From contig NW_019217870.1 in assembly GCF_002571385.2 (NCBI RefSeq), positions 679,098-743,097 of the forward strand: a stretch of DNA of 64,000 bases, written 5' to 3'. The stretch comes from Stylophora pistillata. Taxonomy: Eukaryota. The position numbers and the translations under genes are program-made. The number at the start of each line of letters is the position of its first letter. The first letter of the stretch is position 1. Under the pieces are notes generated by a model. That model was given only the letters and a program-made list of their open reading frames with translations. It had not been told where the DNA came from and ran no database searches. This document shows, piece by piece, positions 52,347 through 63,813 of this stretch.

Positions 52347-55300
52347 CTGAATGTCACTAACAGCGGCTTTTTTTCCTGAAGTATCCGTCAACCCGACCGA
52401 AACTGACTTCTCCTGGCACCAACTGAAGTTACCCATTCCTTGTAGTCCCACAGGTCCCCCCGGTCCTTCTGCTCCAGGAGGCCCATCGTCTCCAGTGGGC
52501 CCTACGGGTCCTTTATCACCTTGAGGTCCTTTAGTACCGTCAGTCCCTGGGAAGCCATTTACCCCAGGGTTTCCTTTATCCCCTGGGGGACCTGAAGACC
52601 CCGGGTCTCCTGGAGGTCCTGTTGGACCTGTTTGTCCCGGATCTCCTTCTGGTCCAATCGAACCATTCCTACCTCTTTCGCCGACTGGACCAGGAAGGGA
52701 GATTTTTGCCTTCACCTTTTTAGAAAAGCGAAAAAAAGAAATGAATCAGAGAAAGTTAAAAATAAAAGATATAATACTACTCGTGCACTAATATAAATGG
52801 TCTTAGAAATGTCCTCGCGAGTCAAATCAAGCTAGCTTTAAACAGCATAAACTCTATTTGTCTAGGAAGATCTCCTCAAATGGAAGCAAGCTGAGGTAAC
52901 CTCATCCAAAGCGATCGACATAGAAACAAGCTTGATTGAAAACGATATAAATCCAATCGCTTGTTGCTAGGAATCAACCTGTTCCCATTAAATTCGATTT
53001 TTTGGGTACTGTTCTTGTGGTGACAGTAACCACGAATGACGACGAGATGGTCTGGAACTGAGTGTAGCGATACTTTTTATTTGAACACTGTGGTTTGGTA
53101 AAAAAAAGGCTGCATGGGGTATTTGTTTTGATGGGATCGTTCCCGACTTCCAAGAAAGTACCGAAATAACATTGGCCATGTTCCAATTTTTGCGTCTAAC
53201 TCAAAGTGCTCGCCAAAATATTCGTTTACTTAATGAGAAAAACACACCATTAAAAGGGAAATGGTGAGCCAAGGGGGAACAATGATCGCTGAGCATAGTG
53301 GAGGTCAAGGCGAATTGGAAAAGAAAAACTTGGAAAAATAACGTTAAACTCTTCAAGCGGAGCTGACAATTCGGTACCTCTAAGAGTGATTTTCGATTGA
53401 GCGTCGTAAATCCAAAACCATACTTATCCCAAAGGTTAATCAGAAGAAAGGAAAATAACTTTTATAGCGGATAAGAACTCAAAGGAAAAACAATCAAACT
53501 GCCTAGTTAAAGCGCGGGAAAACGCGGCGACCAAGTCGTGATTGGCTTAAATTCTAATCTAGTTTGTGAAGGAAGAAGGGTGTGAGTTTTCTTACCCAAT
53601 CACGGAGCAAAATAAAGCAAAACCAAGGCAATCGCAGATCACCAAGGAAAATGAATTGAAAATTTCTCTAAACACAACCCTGATAAATAGTATCAGAGAC
53701 AATGGCGCTGGAATAATTCCTATACGGGTACACTACTCCACACAATTTCCAGCCATGGTAAAACCACCCAACAACAATATACACACGAAGGATCAAAGAC
53801 ATTTTTTCTTGCTATTTTTTGTCACTGACTAAGGAGCATCTTCTTTCACAATTGCTATATAATTAAAAAAAAAAAAATAATAAGCGGCCAGAGAAGTGAA
53901 ACACACCCGTTCTCTAACAGTGTTGTTCATCGTGGCAATCCCAGCATCAATAGCATCATCATATTGTTCCAAGCTTCTTTTTACCTCTGACAGCTGCGAA
54001 AATAAGACAGGTAACATTAACCCTTTCCACCCTGACATCAGCATGCACATTCTCCATACTGTTCTCTATACATTTTCTACGATGCCAATAAGGGAGAATT
54101 TTTTTAACAATCAAGAGCTCCTATATTTGGTTGGTCATCGTTTCCTGATCAACTCTCGTGATCTCACTGTTTGATTCAGCGATTGTGGGTAATGGAGAAA
54201 TTAGATGTTAGTCGCTCCAAGGAATATTTCTTCTGCGTTTTTGCGTGCTACCAAGGACGCTAATCAGTAAAAGAAATATCCTGATACTTATCTCAGCCCT
54301 CTTATTCCTGATCTATATTTTCAAACGCTACCACTATTTAAAACGTCACTTTTCATTTAACACCGTATGCTTTGTAGCTCTGTCAGGACTATGACGAAAC
54401 AAATGATTATTTTCCACTCATAACATACCTTGTTGGTGAGCGTTGCGTTCAAAGAATCAAGTTGGGTGAACACTGAACCATGATCAGGATTAAACTGCTG
54501 TACTGAGTTACTTACCTGACAAAAAAAGTAAAGAAAGAAAATAGATTCTTAGCTGGCCTATAAAGACTCCAATGCTGTACCAGCCAGGTTCCTATGGTTA
54601 CGGTAATTAAGGCAGGCGAGCTCGGGGTGAAACAGTGAGGTTTTTACATGTGCACAGCAGTAAACAAATAACCAAGGTAATAAAGAAAAAAGTCTTGAAT
54701 TCTACAAATTTCTGTGACAGAAGGAAGAATCTAAGGATTATTTTTTGTCTGTTATTAAGATAAATTCTTGATTCGGGAATTGTAATTGCAGTTGCCGGTG
54801 ACTGGAGGATAACAGGAAATCTGTTGCTCTTTTATTCTAAGGTTGTAGAAACTAGGACAGAGTGGCGTTGAGCAACATAAAGGTTTAATATACTCAAGAA
54901 TGACAACTGATCACAAGTTACTTTAGTATGAAGTGAACTGAGTAAGTAAATTTTGGTTTTAGCGACGGAGTTGACAATGTAATTCAAATTGGTCATCGTT
55001 TAAGAGTGACTAAAGCTAACGGACGTTGGCCTTTCCTCCTCGCTTCGACGAAGGGCAAGCGCTCAAAACGCCGACTTTAGAAACTTTTACGGTGGCCAGT
55101 TTACATTATCACTCAGCCTGGTTGATAAAACCAAGTTATCTTGAAACACTCCCTATCAACATAGCACCCGAGTTTCTTTAGAAATTTCACCCATTAATAA
55201 GCGTCTCCTTGTCAAAAGGTTACTGATTGGGGGAAATATCACACTACGGTCTCTTGACAGTTGAAAAAGCTCGAACATTTTAGTCACCTGTAAATCAGCC

Positions 55301-58300
55301 GCGGGACAACACAAAATAATGTATGAGTGAAACCTTTGTCAAATTTTTCTGAGCTTAACGTCACGCACCTATCTTTTAATTTTGAACTGCTAAATAAAGC
55401 TTACATGATCAACGACCTCGTAGAACCGATCAGAAAATGACTTGATCGCATCTGTTGTGGAGTTAAACTCCGTCTTGGTTGCCATTAGGTTGTCCTTGTT
55501 CCGTTTTGAATCCCTCAATAGTGATTCCTATCGATACAGAAAAATTATAAAACAAGCTATAGAGTCAATATGCTATTTCAAAATTGTTGGTGATCAGGGC
55601 TCAGTTGTTTGAAGAGCGGATAGCACTACCCAGTGGAAGGCAACCAAGATAAAAATAATGGCCCTTTTTGGCCCCGATTGATTATAAAAAGGCCTCTATA
55701 GGGCTTTAAAGCAGGGGAAGAGGAAGGGGGGGACACTATATGACGAGTTATATGGAAGCTGCAGTACTTCTTACAAGATTGAAAAAACATTACTTGTGTA
55801 ACTAGAAATCACGTAAGGTCCCGTGGGCGAAGAGGTTGCAAGAAAGGGAAGAGATAGCGTGTGTCATAAGCTGAATAACATCAGCCAATCACTCTTTAAC
55901 GTCAAAGTTTTGAGACGCAGATATTGAAATTTAATTGATGAAATCGAAAGATCTCACTCCTTGCCTATCCGTACTTCCTGGAAGAGCTCGCTTGCAGGCC
56001 AATTCACATTATTATTACTACTCGCCGCCAAATGACAAACTGCCCTCTCTAAAACGCTCCGTTTCGTGGGTCAAACGGCAAAGTGCGGGCTCTAAATGGC
56101 ATTTGCCGCCCTGATATATATTTTATCAAATGAATTTGTACGATTTGGCCTTGTGTATCGATAATAATGATAATCACATGACTTTTGGAGGGCATATAGT
56201 TTATTTGTGTCAGTCGTAACATCATTTATTTGCACCCTCGCTCTGCTTGGGCGCAAATGATGCTACTCGGGCCACAAATAAACTGTATCCCCTCCAAAAG
56301 TCATGTGATTGTCCTATTTGTCAGACTTTGTCGGTCCGTACTCTAATGGAATTGTTTGCAGAAATGAATGAAAAGCACCAACAAAACTTAATTTTTCAAG
56401 GCTAGCGTTTTTAAAAATAGGGGGAAAGCCCTACAGAAATGAAATAAAAAATTTAACAATCCAAAACAAAAAGGAAAATGCAAACAAACAGACAAAATCA
56501 AACAAAACAGCCATACATTCAGGGGTTCTTACCGCCTCTGTATGAAGAGATGAAAGGTTATTTTGCAGCTCCTCAATAATGTCATAATATGGAGAAAGGT
56601 TCATGGCAAAAGTTGTCGTTTGATCTTGTTGGGATGAGCTTTCCTCTGCTATCTGTTGGCCTGTGCTGGGCAACGTCGTACCTTGATGATTGAAAATGGT
56701 TAAATCACTTTTTTATTAGATCAGTGTATATCATATTTGACAAAGCACATTCAGGAATGAGCTGACGTTGACAGGTGTACCTCAATTAGGTGAAGCAGAA
56801 AAAAAAAAATACAAAAAACAAAACAAAGCAAAAAAACTGAAAAAAAAAAGGAGAGCTTGTATCATGCCATGCCTGTCAGTGAGCCACTAGAACTAACTGA
56901 GCTGTGAAACCAAGTATTAAGATCGTAGTGGTATCCTTAGCGCTATGTACATGGAGGCCCTAACTGTTTCTTCGGCGTAGTTCTGCAAGAATCACTACTT
57001 CACCGATCACTTAAGGTTAAAAGATAATTTCTTCATGTAGGTAAGAGCTGCAAAATAGACTATATATAACCTTGCAACTTTGATAGAATCTATGTACCGT
57101 TTTGTGGTTTTGGATGATTTTTTTTCTACGGGTTTGCGGTTTCTAAGAGACCCTAAGGCCCTACCCACAAAAACTAATGATCTACAACATTCCGTAGTCA
57201 TTGACTAGATGGCGTCAGTGAACTGCAAGGCTTCATTTCGTGTTACTGGGGTTGATAGCCTGCAAGCACTTCAAATCAAATCTCGGAATAAGAAATTTGC
57301 AAATAATAATCTACTTAAATTCAAATTTGTCTCATTATTGTTGGTCTCATAATACCAAACATCTTATTCTGAAACAAATTATAACATATTTCGCTTCCCT
57401 GATAAGCTCACTGAAATAATTGACTTTAAATTACATTCATAAAGTGAAAACATGATACATAGATAATTGTCTGTAGCTAGCGTAACACTGATTTCACGAC
57501 ATTGTTGTCGCAGAGTAATGGCACAGGCAAAGTGAATAAAATATGTCGTAAACGTCTTACGCTGTAACGGCATTGATGCCTGCGTAGTGTTTCAAAACGC
57601 AACTACAAAACTTAAGCTGAGAATCGTAGTGCACTGGGATATAACACAAATATTTTCAGGAGTTCTTTAGTCAATTTTTCAATGATTTCCGTATCTGAGG
57701 CCTTAACAGATTCTTCATTCTATAATACAAAGTCGCTGGAGTTAGTGTTATCATTTCGAGAGTGATGCATTTACTCACTGGTAAGGAATGAAAACTATTT
57801 CCAATGAGCTTTAGACAAATGACTTCTTATACCAAACGAAACGCTTAGATTTCAGCATTAATAATGATATTCTGAGCGAATGCTGGATAAAGATTTACTT
57901 TGAAAAGTTTGCATTGATTGTCGTAAGCGCAGATTTTTGGTTACACCCAGTTAGGAAACTAGTTGCATAAGTCAAGTATAAACAATTCCTGCATCTTTGA
58001 GTGGAGTTGATTATACTTCCCCGCAGAGATAACCACAGTAGGAAACTTATAGATAGTTGCCAAAAATTAATCAAAAAAACAGTTAGCCCACCTGAATAAG
58101 GCACTACAACTCCAACGACCATTAAAATGACTATAGCCAATGCGGAAATAGAGAGAACTAAAACAAGATACTGAACAATGCGATGAATGCATAGCCCATG
58201 GCAGCGTGTATTTTTGTTATGATCGCGGTTAGAAGCCGATGTTAAGGATCTATTTTGCATCTTTTTAGCTCTTTTCTGGCCATGTTTCTTTGGTTTAGCA

Positions 58301-58440
58301 TTATAATTTCCTGTTTTAAGGTTCGTAGTCTGTCTTAAGGCAACATACGAGCTGTCAGAGCTGAGGCGAAGCTTTGTGTCCGATGGTGTGTATAACTTTG
58401 ATTCACGAATGTCTTCAATTGATGCAGAGCGACCAGCCAT
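52347..58440 (-). CDS. Type II transmembrane collagenous receptor, paralog D (terminal head exon not visible, probably in the gap at 51645)
   Basis: Exons 58440-58092 (tail with SSYVAL, TM), 56681-56533, 55527-55405, 54515-54429, 53993-53907 (coiled-coil-like) and 52715-52347 (28 Gly-X-Y, GNFSWCQ). Exon sizes 149/123/87/87/369 parallel paralog C 146/123/99/87/375 with identical phases. Confidence 0.85.
53382..53670. mobile_element. MITE-like repeat
   Basis: Ends AGAGTGATTTTCGATT..AATTGAAAATTTCTCT. A related element lies at about 50657-50915. Confidence 0.45.
54945..55185. mobile_element. Degenerate copy of the palindromic hammerhead-bearing family
   Basis: GACGAAGGGCAAGCGCTCAAAACG..TTTACGGTGGCCAGTTTACATTATC..GTTTCTTTAGAAA. 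Shorter fragments lie near 33800-33885 and 52165-52230. Confidence 0.6.
56172..56310. mobile_element. Palindromic MITE
   Basis: AATCACATGACTTTTGGAGGG..CCCTCCAAAAGTCATGTGATT, with inverted symmetry extending inward. Confidence 0.8.
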
Positions 58441-60271
58441 CACAAGCAAGCGTATCACGAACTTCCCAAGCTGTACTGTTCTCAATGAAATTTGGTGACT
58501 GACGCTGGCTCCAAATGCAAGTGCTGCTCGTCGTTAGTTAAGACGTCACGTGGATTTTGGTTACGAGAGGGCCAAGTATCCATCCCTGATGCACGTGGAA
58601 TAGATATAGGGCTTAGTGAAATAAAATACTTACTTCTGTTATGCACAGTTGGACAAGTAATTAATAAAAAAAACGCGTCAAAACAATTGAAAGATGATTG
58701 GCTAACACGATTACAAGCCTTAGGGTGTATAGAATAAATCTATATTTTCTTGAAAAATCCATTTGCGCTCAATGATCTATAGTGCATCGAAAATGAAAAT
58801 ATATTCTTTGTCTGGTTCTTTGCCTTCACCAGCACCGAGGAAGACATTCGGGGTTACCGCACGCTTAGGAAAGATCGAGAAAATGAGATCACCCTACGAC
58901 GGTGAAAGACCGGCCTTTTTTAACAAAAACAAAATTCATAATTTCACTTGATGGTTTTAAGGTGGTAGTGCGTCGCCCAGATACAAGAATAAGAAAGCTC
59001 AGTATAGTAATTTAATACATTTGACTGTCGGGAAGTTGATTAACTTGGGTAATGTAGTTATTTGATAAAGAGCTTGCAAATTCTATGCATCATATGATCA
59101 CGAATAACTCTGAAGAGTTAAGTTTTGACATAATCATTGAGATCGAACCTGAGAAGTTTATGTGTGTACCCTTCGTATACTGCGCTTAAATCCTTGCTAT
59201 AAAGTATTTTGTATACTACATTTCTTTGTCTCTTGTTGTTGGTGCTTGTTTCGTGCTTTTCATGCTTCTTTTTGGTTTTTTGTTTATCTTAGTTGCTAAC
59301 TTTATGAGCTATTATTGGAACACAGACCCTTACGTGTCCACTAGTTTTCTAGCAAATTCCGAATAATCGTTCATGGCTGTGACTTCATCCAGTAATGGTG
59401 CTGTAGTTAATGTTTTAAGTAAGTGGGGTCGCTGTTCCCCTGTCCAGCTTATTTCACAGATGAAATAACGATTACAGCCGTACGCTCCACTCTTAGGGAG
59501 GCGAGAGGAGAAGTAGAAACACATCACCGACATTACGCGCGAAAAAAAATCTGTCATGACCTGCTAAATTAGCCAATAGATGTATCATGAATGATGAATT
59601 ATCTCCAACTGAACGAACATTCTGAAACTGACTTCCATTGTACAGTTTAGTTGTATTTTGCGAAGCAACGGATAGCCAGTTCACTGGCAATTCGCTGCAC
59701 TTACATATTTCGAGTGACTTCATCGTCACTTCTACAATTAAAAGTGTTTTTTAAACGTGGAATGTACCATACAGAGCTATCACTGAATAAATTCTTTGGA
59801 TTTTAAACAAATGAATAAGTTCTAAACAGAGATACGGTCTTTTCACCGTTCCTCCGATGTATGTGCGACAAAATACGGTCAGTTTGAAGTTGTTCTGTCT
59901 CTATCGGAGAAAAGAAATAACTGATCGAAATAAACTTGTTTAATATCATCGGAATTCCGTGGGCATACATGTTTCGATCAATCAGCGGGAGTACCGAAAC
60001 TTACAAATAAGCGAAACTAAAAAGATTTCCCTTCAGGAAAAGAAAAAAAAAAAAAAAAATAGCAGGCGTAATACACGATCGCTCGAGTGTTGTATAAAAA
60101 AAAAAAAAAAGACAGATCACCAAAGATTTGTTTCTTGTTTTTCAAAGTGGTTTTAAATGAATGAATGAATTTGCATTGTTTTTCCATGACCTCTCGCAAA
60201 AAAAAAAAAAAACCTGTGTTGTACCAAGCCGAGTTTGAAAAATATGAAAAAAAAAAAAAAAAAAAGCTTAC

Positions 60272-60686
60272 CTGAAGAATTACAAGGGCAGTCAGGGCCA
60301 AAAAAAAAAAAAAATAGCAGAAGAGCCAATAATAATGCTATCGCAGAAACAAAAAAAAAAAAAAACATCACGGTCATACGAATAATTTTGTCCTTTCTTT
60401 TAAAAAAAAAAAAAAATTGCAAAGTTTGTTGTGAAGTTGCGGCTTTCTCCTGAAAAAAAAAAAAAAACGCGCCAGNTTTGACGCTGTCGTAAACTGGCGC
60501 TTTAAAAAAAAAAAAAAAAGTCGCTGCAATGTGTGTGTCCCGTTGTAAGGAGTTAAAAAAAAAAAAAAAGTCGGCTTCGCTATACAAAGAATTGGNGATT
60601 GTGTTAAAAAAAAAAAAAAATCTTTGGTTAAGGCTCATGCTACTCGCCGCGAAGCCAAAAAAAAAAAAAAAGTTTTCGTAGGCCAT
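60272..60686 (-). CDS. Alternative first coding exon (tail + TM + CPC), distal, of paralog D; sequence partly overwritten by artefactual A runs
   Basis: Readable parts give MAYEN..NSLYSEAD..PVYDSV..KRKDKIIRMTVM..VSAIALLLALLL..GPDCPCNSS and a phase-1 donor CAG|GTAAG. The frame is kept across the length-preserving A blocks. Confidence 0.7.
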
Positions 60687-61054
60687 CCTCGAAACAAAAT
60701 ACGAAACAAAAAAAAAAAAAAACCAAGAAGCTCCAAAGTTCGACTAACTCTTCAAAGTAAAAAAAAAAAAAAAACAGCTTGGCAGGTCACAAGACATCAG
60801 TCCTTTATTAAAAAAAAAAAAAAATATGACCCAAGCTGTTTATCAGTTTCACGATTCATTAAAAAAAAAAAAAAAGTCTCTTAAAGATATTATGCCGCAA
60901 TGATAGGACACAAAAAAAAAAAAAAAGTTAAGAAATGCTTACCCGGGTTTAACTCTTGATTTAAAAAAAAAAAAAAAATGTANAAGNTGAATCAAAACAA
61001 GACAGGATGNNCCAAAAAAAAAAAAAAAGGATTTTTGTATTTGCTCTTTTAGCG

Positions 61055-62063
61055 GACGACAATGAAAAAAAAAAAAAAACATACGCAATCAACTTGACCT
61101 TTTCATGTCCCAGGGAAAAAAAAAAAAAAAAAATTCATACTTACTACTGTTTTCATCGGCTTAGTGAAAAAAAAAAAAAAAAGGAAAGTGTTTGCAATCG
61201 CTATTTTACCCAGACTGAAGTTAATTGAAAGCATATTGCAATGAGTAGGAAATTTAAGATCTGCAGAAAAAAAAAAAAAAAAAATTTTTCGTCTAGCTGT
61301 ATAAAACTCATATTCACACAAAAAAAAAAAAAAAGAAAAGTCGGTCTAACGTTTTTTAAAACGAGGAAAAAAAAAAAAAAAAAAACAGCGGAACACACTC
61401 GAATAGCGGAACAAGGCGAAACACTTTAGTAACATACCAGAAGGCCGGAACATACCGCAACAACTAAACAAATGAAATGCTCGAAAAATAACAATGTTGA
61501 ACAATTAAGAAAGATACAAGTAAAGAAACCAGAGAAGAAATTAGGAATACAGCCACCANGACGACAATGAAAGTTTATTCCACACATACGCAATCAACTT
61601 GACCTTTTCATGTCCCAGGGGTTTTCTCGTCACTCAAATTCATACTTACTACTGTTTTCATCGGCTTAGTGTTCTTGTGTTTCTAAAGGAAAGTGTTTGC
61701 AATCGCTATTTTACCCAGACTGAAGTTAATTGAAAGCATATTGCAATGAGTAGGAAATTTAAGATCTGCAGAATTCAGGAATGGTAGCATTTTTCGTCTA
61801 GCTGTATAAAACTCATATTCACACTTGACTCCTACTTCTGAAAAGTCGGTCTAACGTTTTTTAAAACGAGGAAAACCGCAACACGCCGAACAGCGGAACA
61901 CACTCGAATAGCGGAACAAGGCGAAACACTTTAGTAACATACCAGAAGGCCGGAACATACCGCAACAACTAAACAAATGAAATGCTCGAAAAATAACAAT
62001 GTTGAACAATTAAGAAAGATACAAGTAAAGAAACCAGAGAAGAAATTAGGAATACAGCCACCA
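61055..62063. repeat. Direct duplication 61055-61558 / 61560-62063 (unmerged assembly overlap)
   Basis: Identical apart from A-substituted blocks in the first copy, and joined by a single N. Confidence 0.92.
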
Positions 62064-62100
62064 TTTTGTTTTCGGGAGTTTGTTCCGAACAGAACATTTG

Positions 62101-62123
62101 GTTGCTATGGAAGCGTGACGTAA
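62101..62123. promoter_or_regulatory. Candidate X-box plus CRE/ATF-like site
   Basis: GTTGCTATGGAAGC followed by TGACGTAA, about 1.4 kb upstream of the distal first exon of paralog D. Confidence 0.3.
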
Positions 62124-63055
62124 GCACTTTAGTACTCTAAAGAGGTTCTTCAAGCCATGTCGTATTTCCTTATATGGGCGTTAGATAAGAAACACGCGAC
62201 CAATGTACAAAATTCCATTCCCTTCCGCTCCTAACATGGTCAAACATCGTGAACACGTTAAGCAACCTGGTTATGTAACCTGCTCTTCACTACAAAGACC
62301 TATAAAAAATTCGTTTCGATAGCTCATAAGATTAAAAATTAGCCATGAGCAAAATCAGCTTTCTTCGCTTATAGGAAATAAGAAATCTTTGAACAATCAA
62401 ATCGCAAAAGAAGCCTCTTGCGATTGTCGGCTGACTTCCGATAGCTGAACGAGAGTCTATCGATTACTACTGATCGACAGTTTCACATTTGGCCAACCGA
62501 GGGTCTACAAAAAGGCAACCGATAGTCAACCGACCGTCTAGCGAAAAGCACACCAAAGCAACAGCTTGCGAAAGGTAATTAACATTTGAGCCGAAATTCT
62601 ATCAGCAGCCGGCAAGAAGGTTAAACAAAACAAAGTAACAATAAGTAAAACCACCAATATTCTTTTCCTCTCTACCAACAAAACATGTCAAGCATGGTTC
62701 ATGAGCCGGTGGACATAGAAAAATAATTATATGGTCCTCTAGGGATGATTCCAACTCCCAAAGAAAGGGCCTGTTTCTTGCCCAGCAGTTGACGACCCGA
62801 AAAGCTACTTTTCTTTGGCATGATTATTTTAACCATAAGGATATCAACAGTCTTGAAAGTCAAACAATAAAAATATCAGGAAAATATACAAAAATGAAAG
62901 GTTTTTCAGCTACAACCCGCTGAACATCAGAATTAAATGCACTCAGTCGGCTTCAAAAAGTTACTAAAGCTTTCTAGAAACACGTCCCGCTTCGGTTTCC
63001 GCATTTGGAAACTTATACAGTATTTTTATTACTTTTCTTCTTATTACCAATTCTA

Positions 63056-63541
63056 TTACGTTAGTTTTTCTATCTCGTTTTCCTTTACTTCTTCTCCTGC
63101 TATATTCACTGTTTCGGATTGGGTCTCTTTTTGTTGCAGTTCTCTTTTCCTTGTCTCATACACATCCATCGTAAAGGAATCAGGTATCAAATTGGTCTCC
63201 TTCAACTCTCGCCAAACATTGTCCAACAACTCTGAACTCGGCGCGTTTCGAAGACGACGGCCAAACGTAATCATATCCATGCGTTCCTTTGACAGCATCT
63301 TACAGCCATCAGTTAAACAAAGATCAGTCGCTTCCTCAGCAACAAAATCAGGAAAAAATATCAAACCTGAGTACTGAGCTAAAACTTCTAAAGAAACTTG
63401 AAACTCGTGCAACTTTTTCTCAAAGTTCACCGGTTCGTTAGGAATGACGAAAGCTCCTAAAACTGAATGCTTGCTTTTGTCTTCGGCCAAAATAACCTTA
63501 TATAAGTGGGTTGGCACTGCAACGTTGTTAGCTCCAATAAC
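63056..63541 (-). CDS. EXOG: Last coding exon of mitochondrial nuclease EXOG (endonuclease G-like 1); rest of the gene lies to the right
   Basis: Acceptor CCTAG| then VIGANNVAVPTHLYKVIL..LGAFVIPNEP..FQVSLE.L..YSGLIFFP (EndoG family), plus the EXOG-type extension LCLTDGCKML..FGRRL..A.S...L..VW.EL...NL.PD. Confidence 0.88.
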   Translation of the reverse strand, partial: VIGANNVAVPTHLYKVILAEDKSKHSVLGAFVIPNEPVNFEKKLHEFQVSLEVLAQYSGLIFFPDFVAEEATDLCLTDGCKMLSKERMDMITFGRRLRNAPSSELLDNVWRELKETNLIPDSFTMDVYETRKRELQQKETQSETVNIAGEEVKENEIEKLT

Positions 63542-63769
63542 CTAGGGATAAACAAGCAAATACATTAAAAGACTACATTGAAACCTGAAATGTAATCCAC
63601 GATTTTGTGGTAGGTATCATTGTGCAGTCCCGCAAGGCTAACCTCGTTCTCGAGGTAAGAGCCTAGGAGTGAGGTTGCAATTAAGCCCCATCCTACTGGA
63701 AAGCTCTGGAGCATTCCCCACATTCACATAAAAGTTAACTCAGGCCATAGAAATCTAACCCAATAGTTT

Positions 63770-63770
63770 C

Positions 63771-63804
<34 letters not shown>

Positions 63805-63813
63805 CAACACAAC
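63770..63813 (+). repeat. (CAA)n microsatellite in an EXOG intron, abutting a gap
   Basis: Direct reading. Confidence 0.95.

Noticed and set aside
57205-57215. CTCF-like motif CTAGATGGCG
   Set aside because: Single short match, and CTCF is considered bilaterian-restricted while this sequence looks cnidarian.
25707-58440. Naming the collagen genes MARCO, COLEC12, EDA or fibrillar collagen
   Set aside because: Only the architecture is similar. No SRCR, CTLD, TNF or COLFI domain is visible, so no symbol was assigned.
59959-61429. Poly-Lys and poly-Phe periodic ORFs suggesting a repeat protein or CRISPR-like repeat-spacer array
   Set aside because: The 'repeat' is a homopolymer, and the duplicate at 61560-62063 shows the A blocks replace real bases. 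No cas genes, and the context is eukaryotic.
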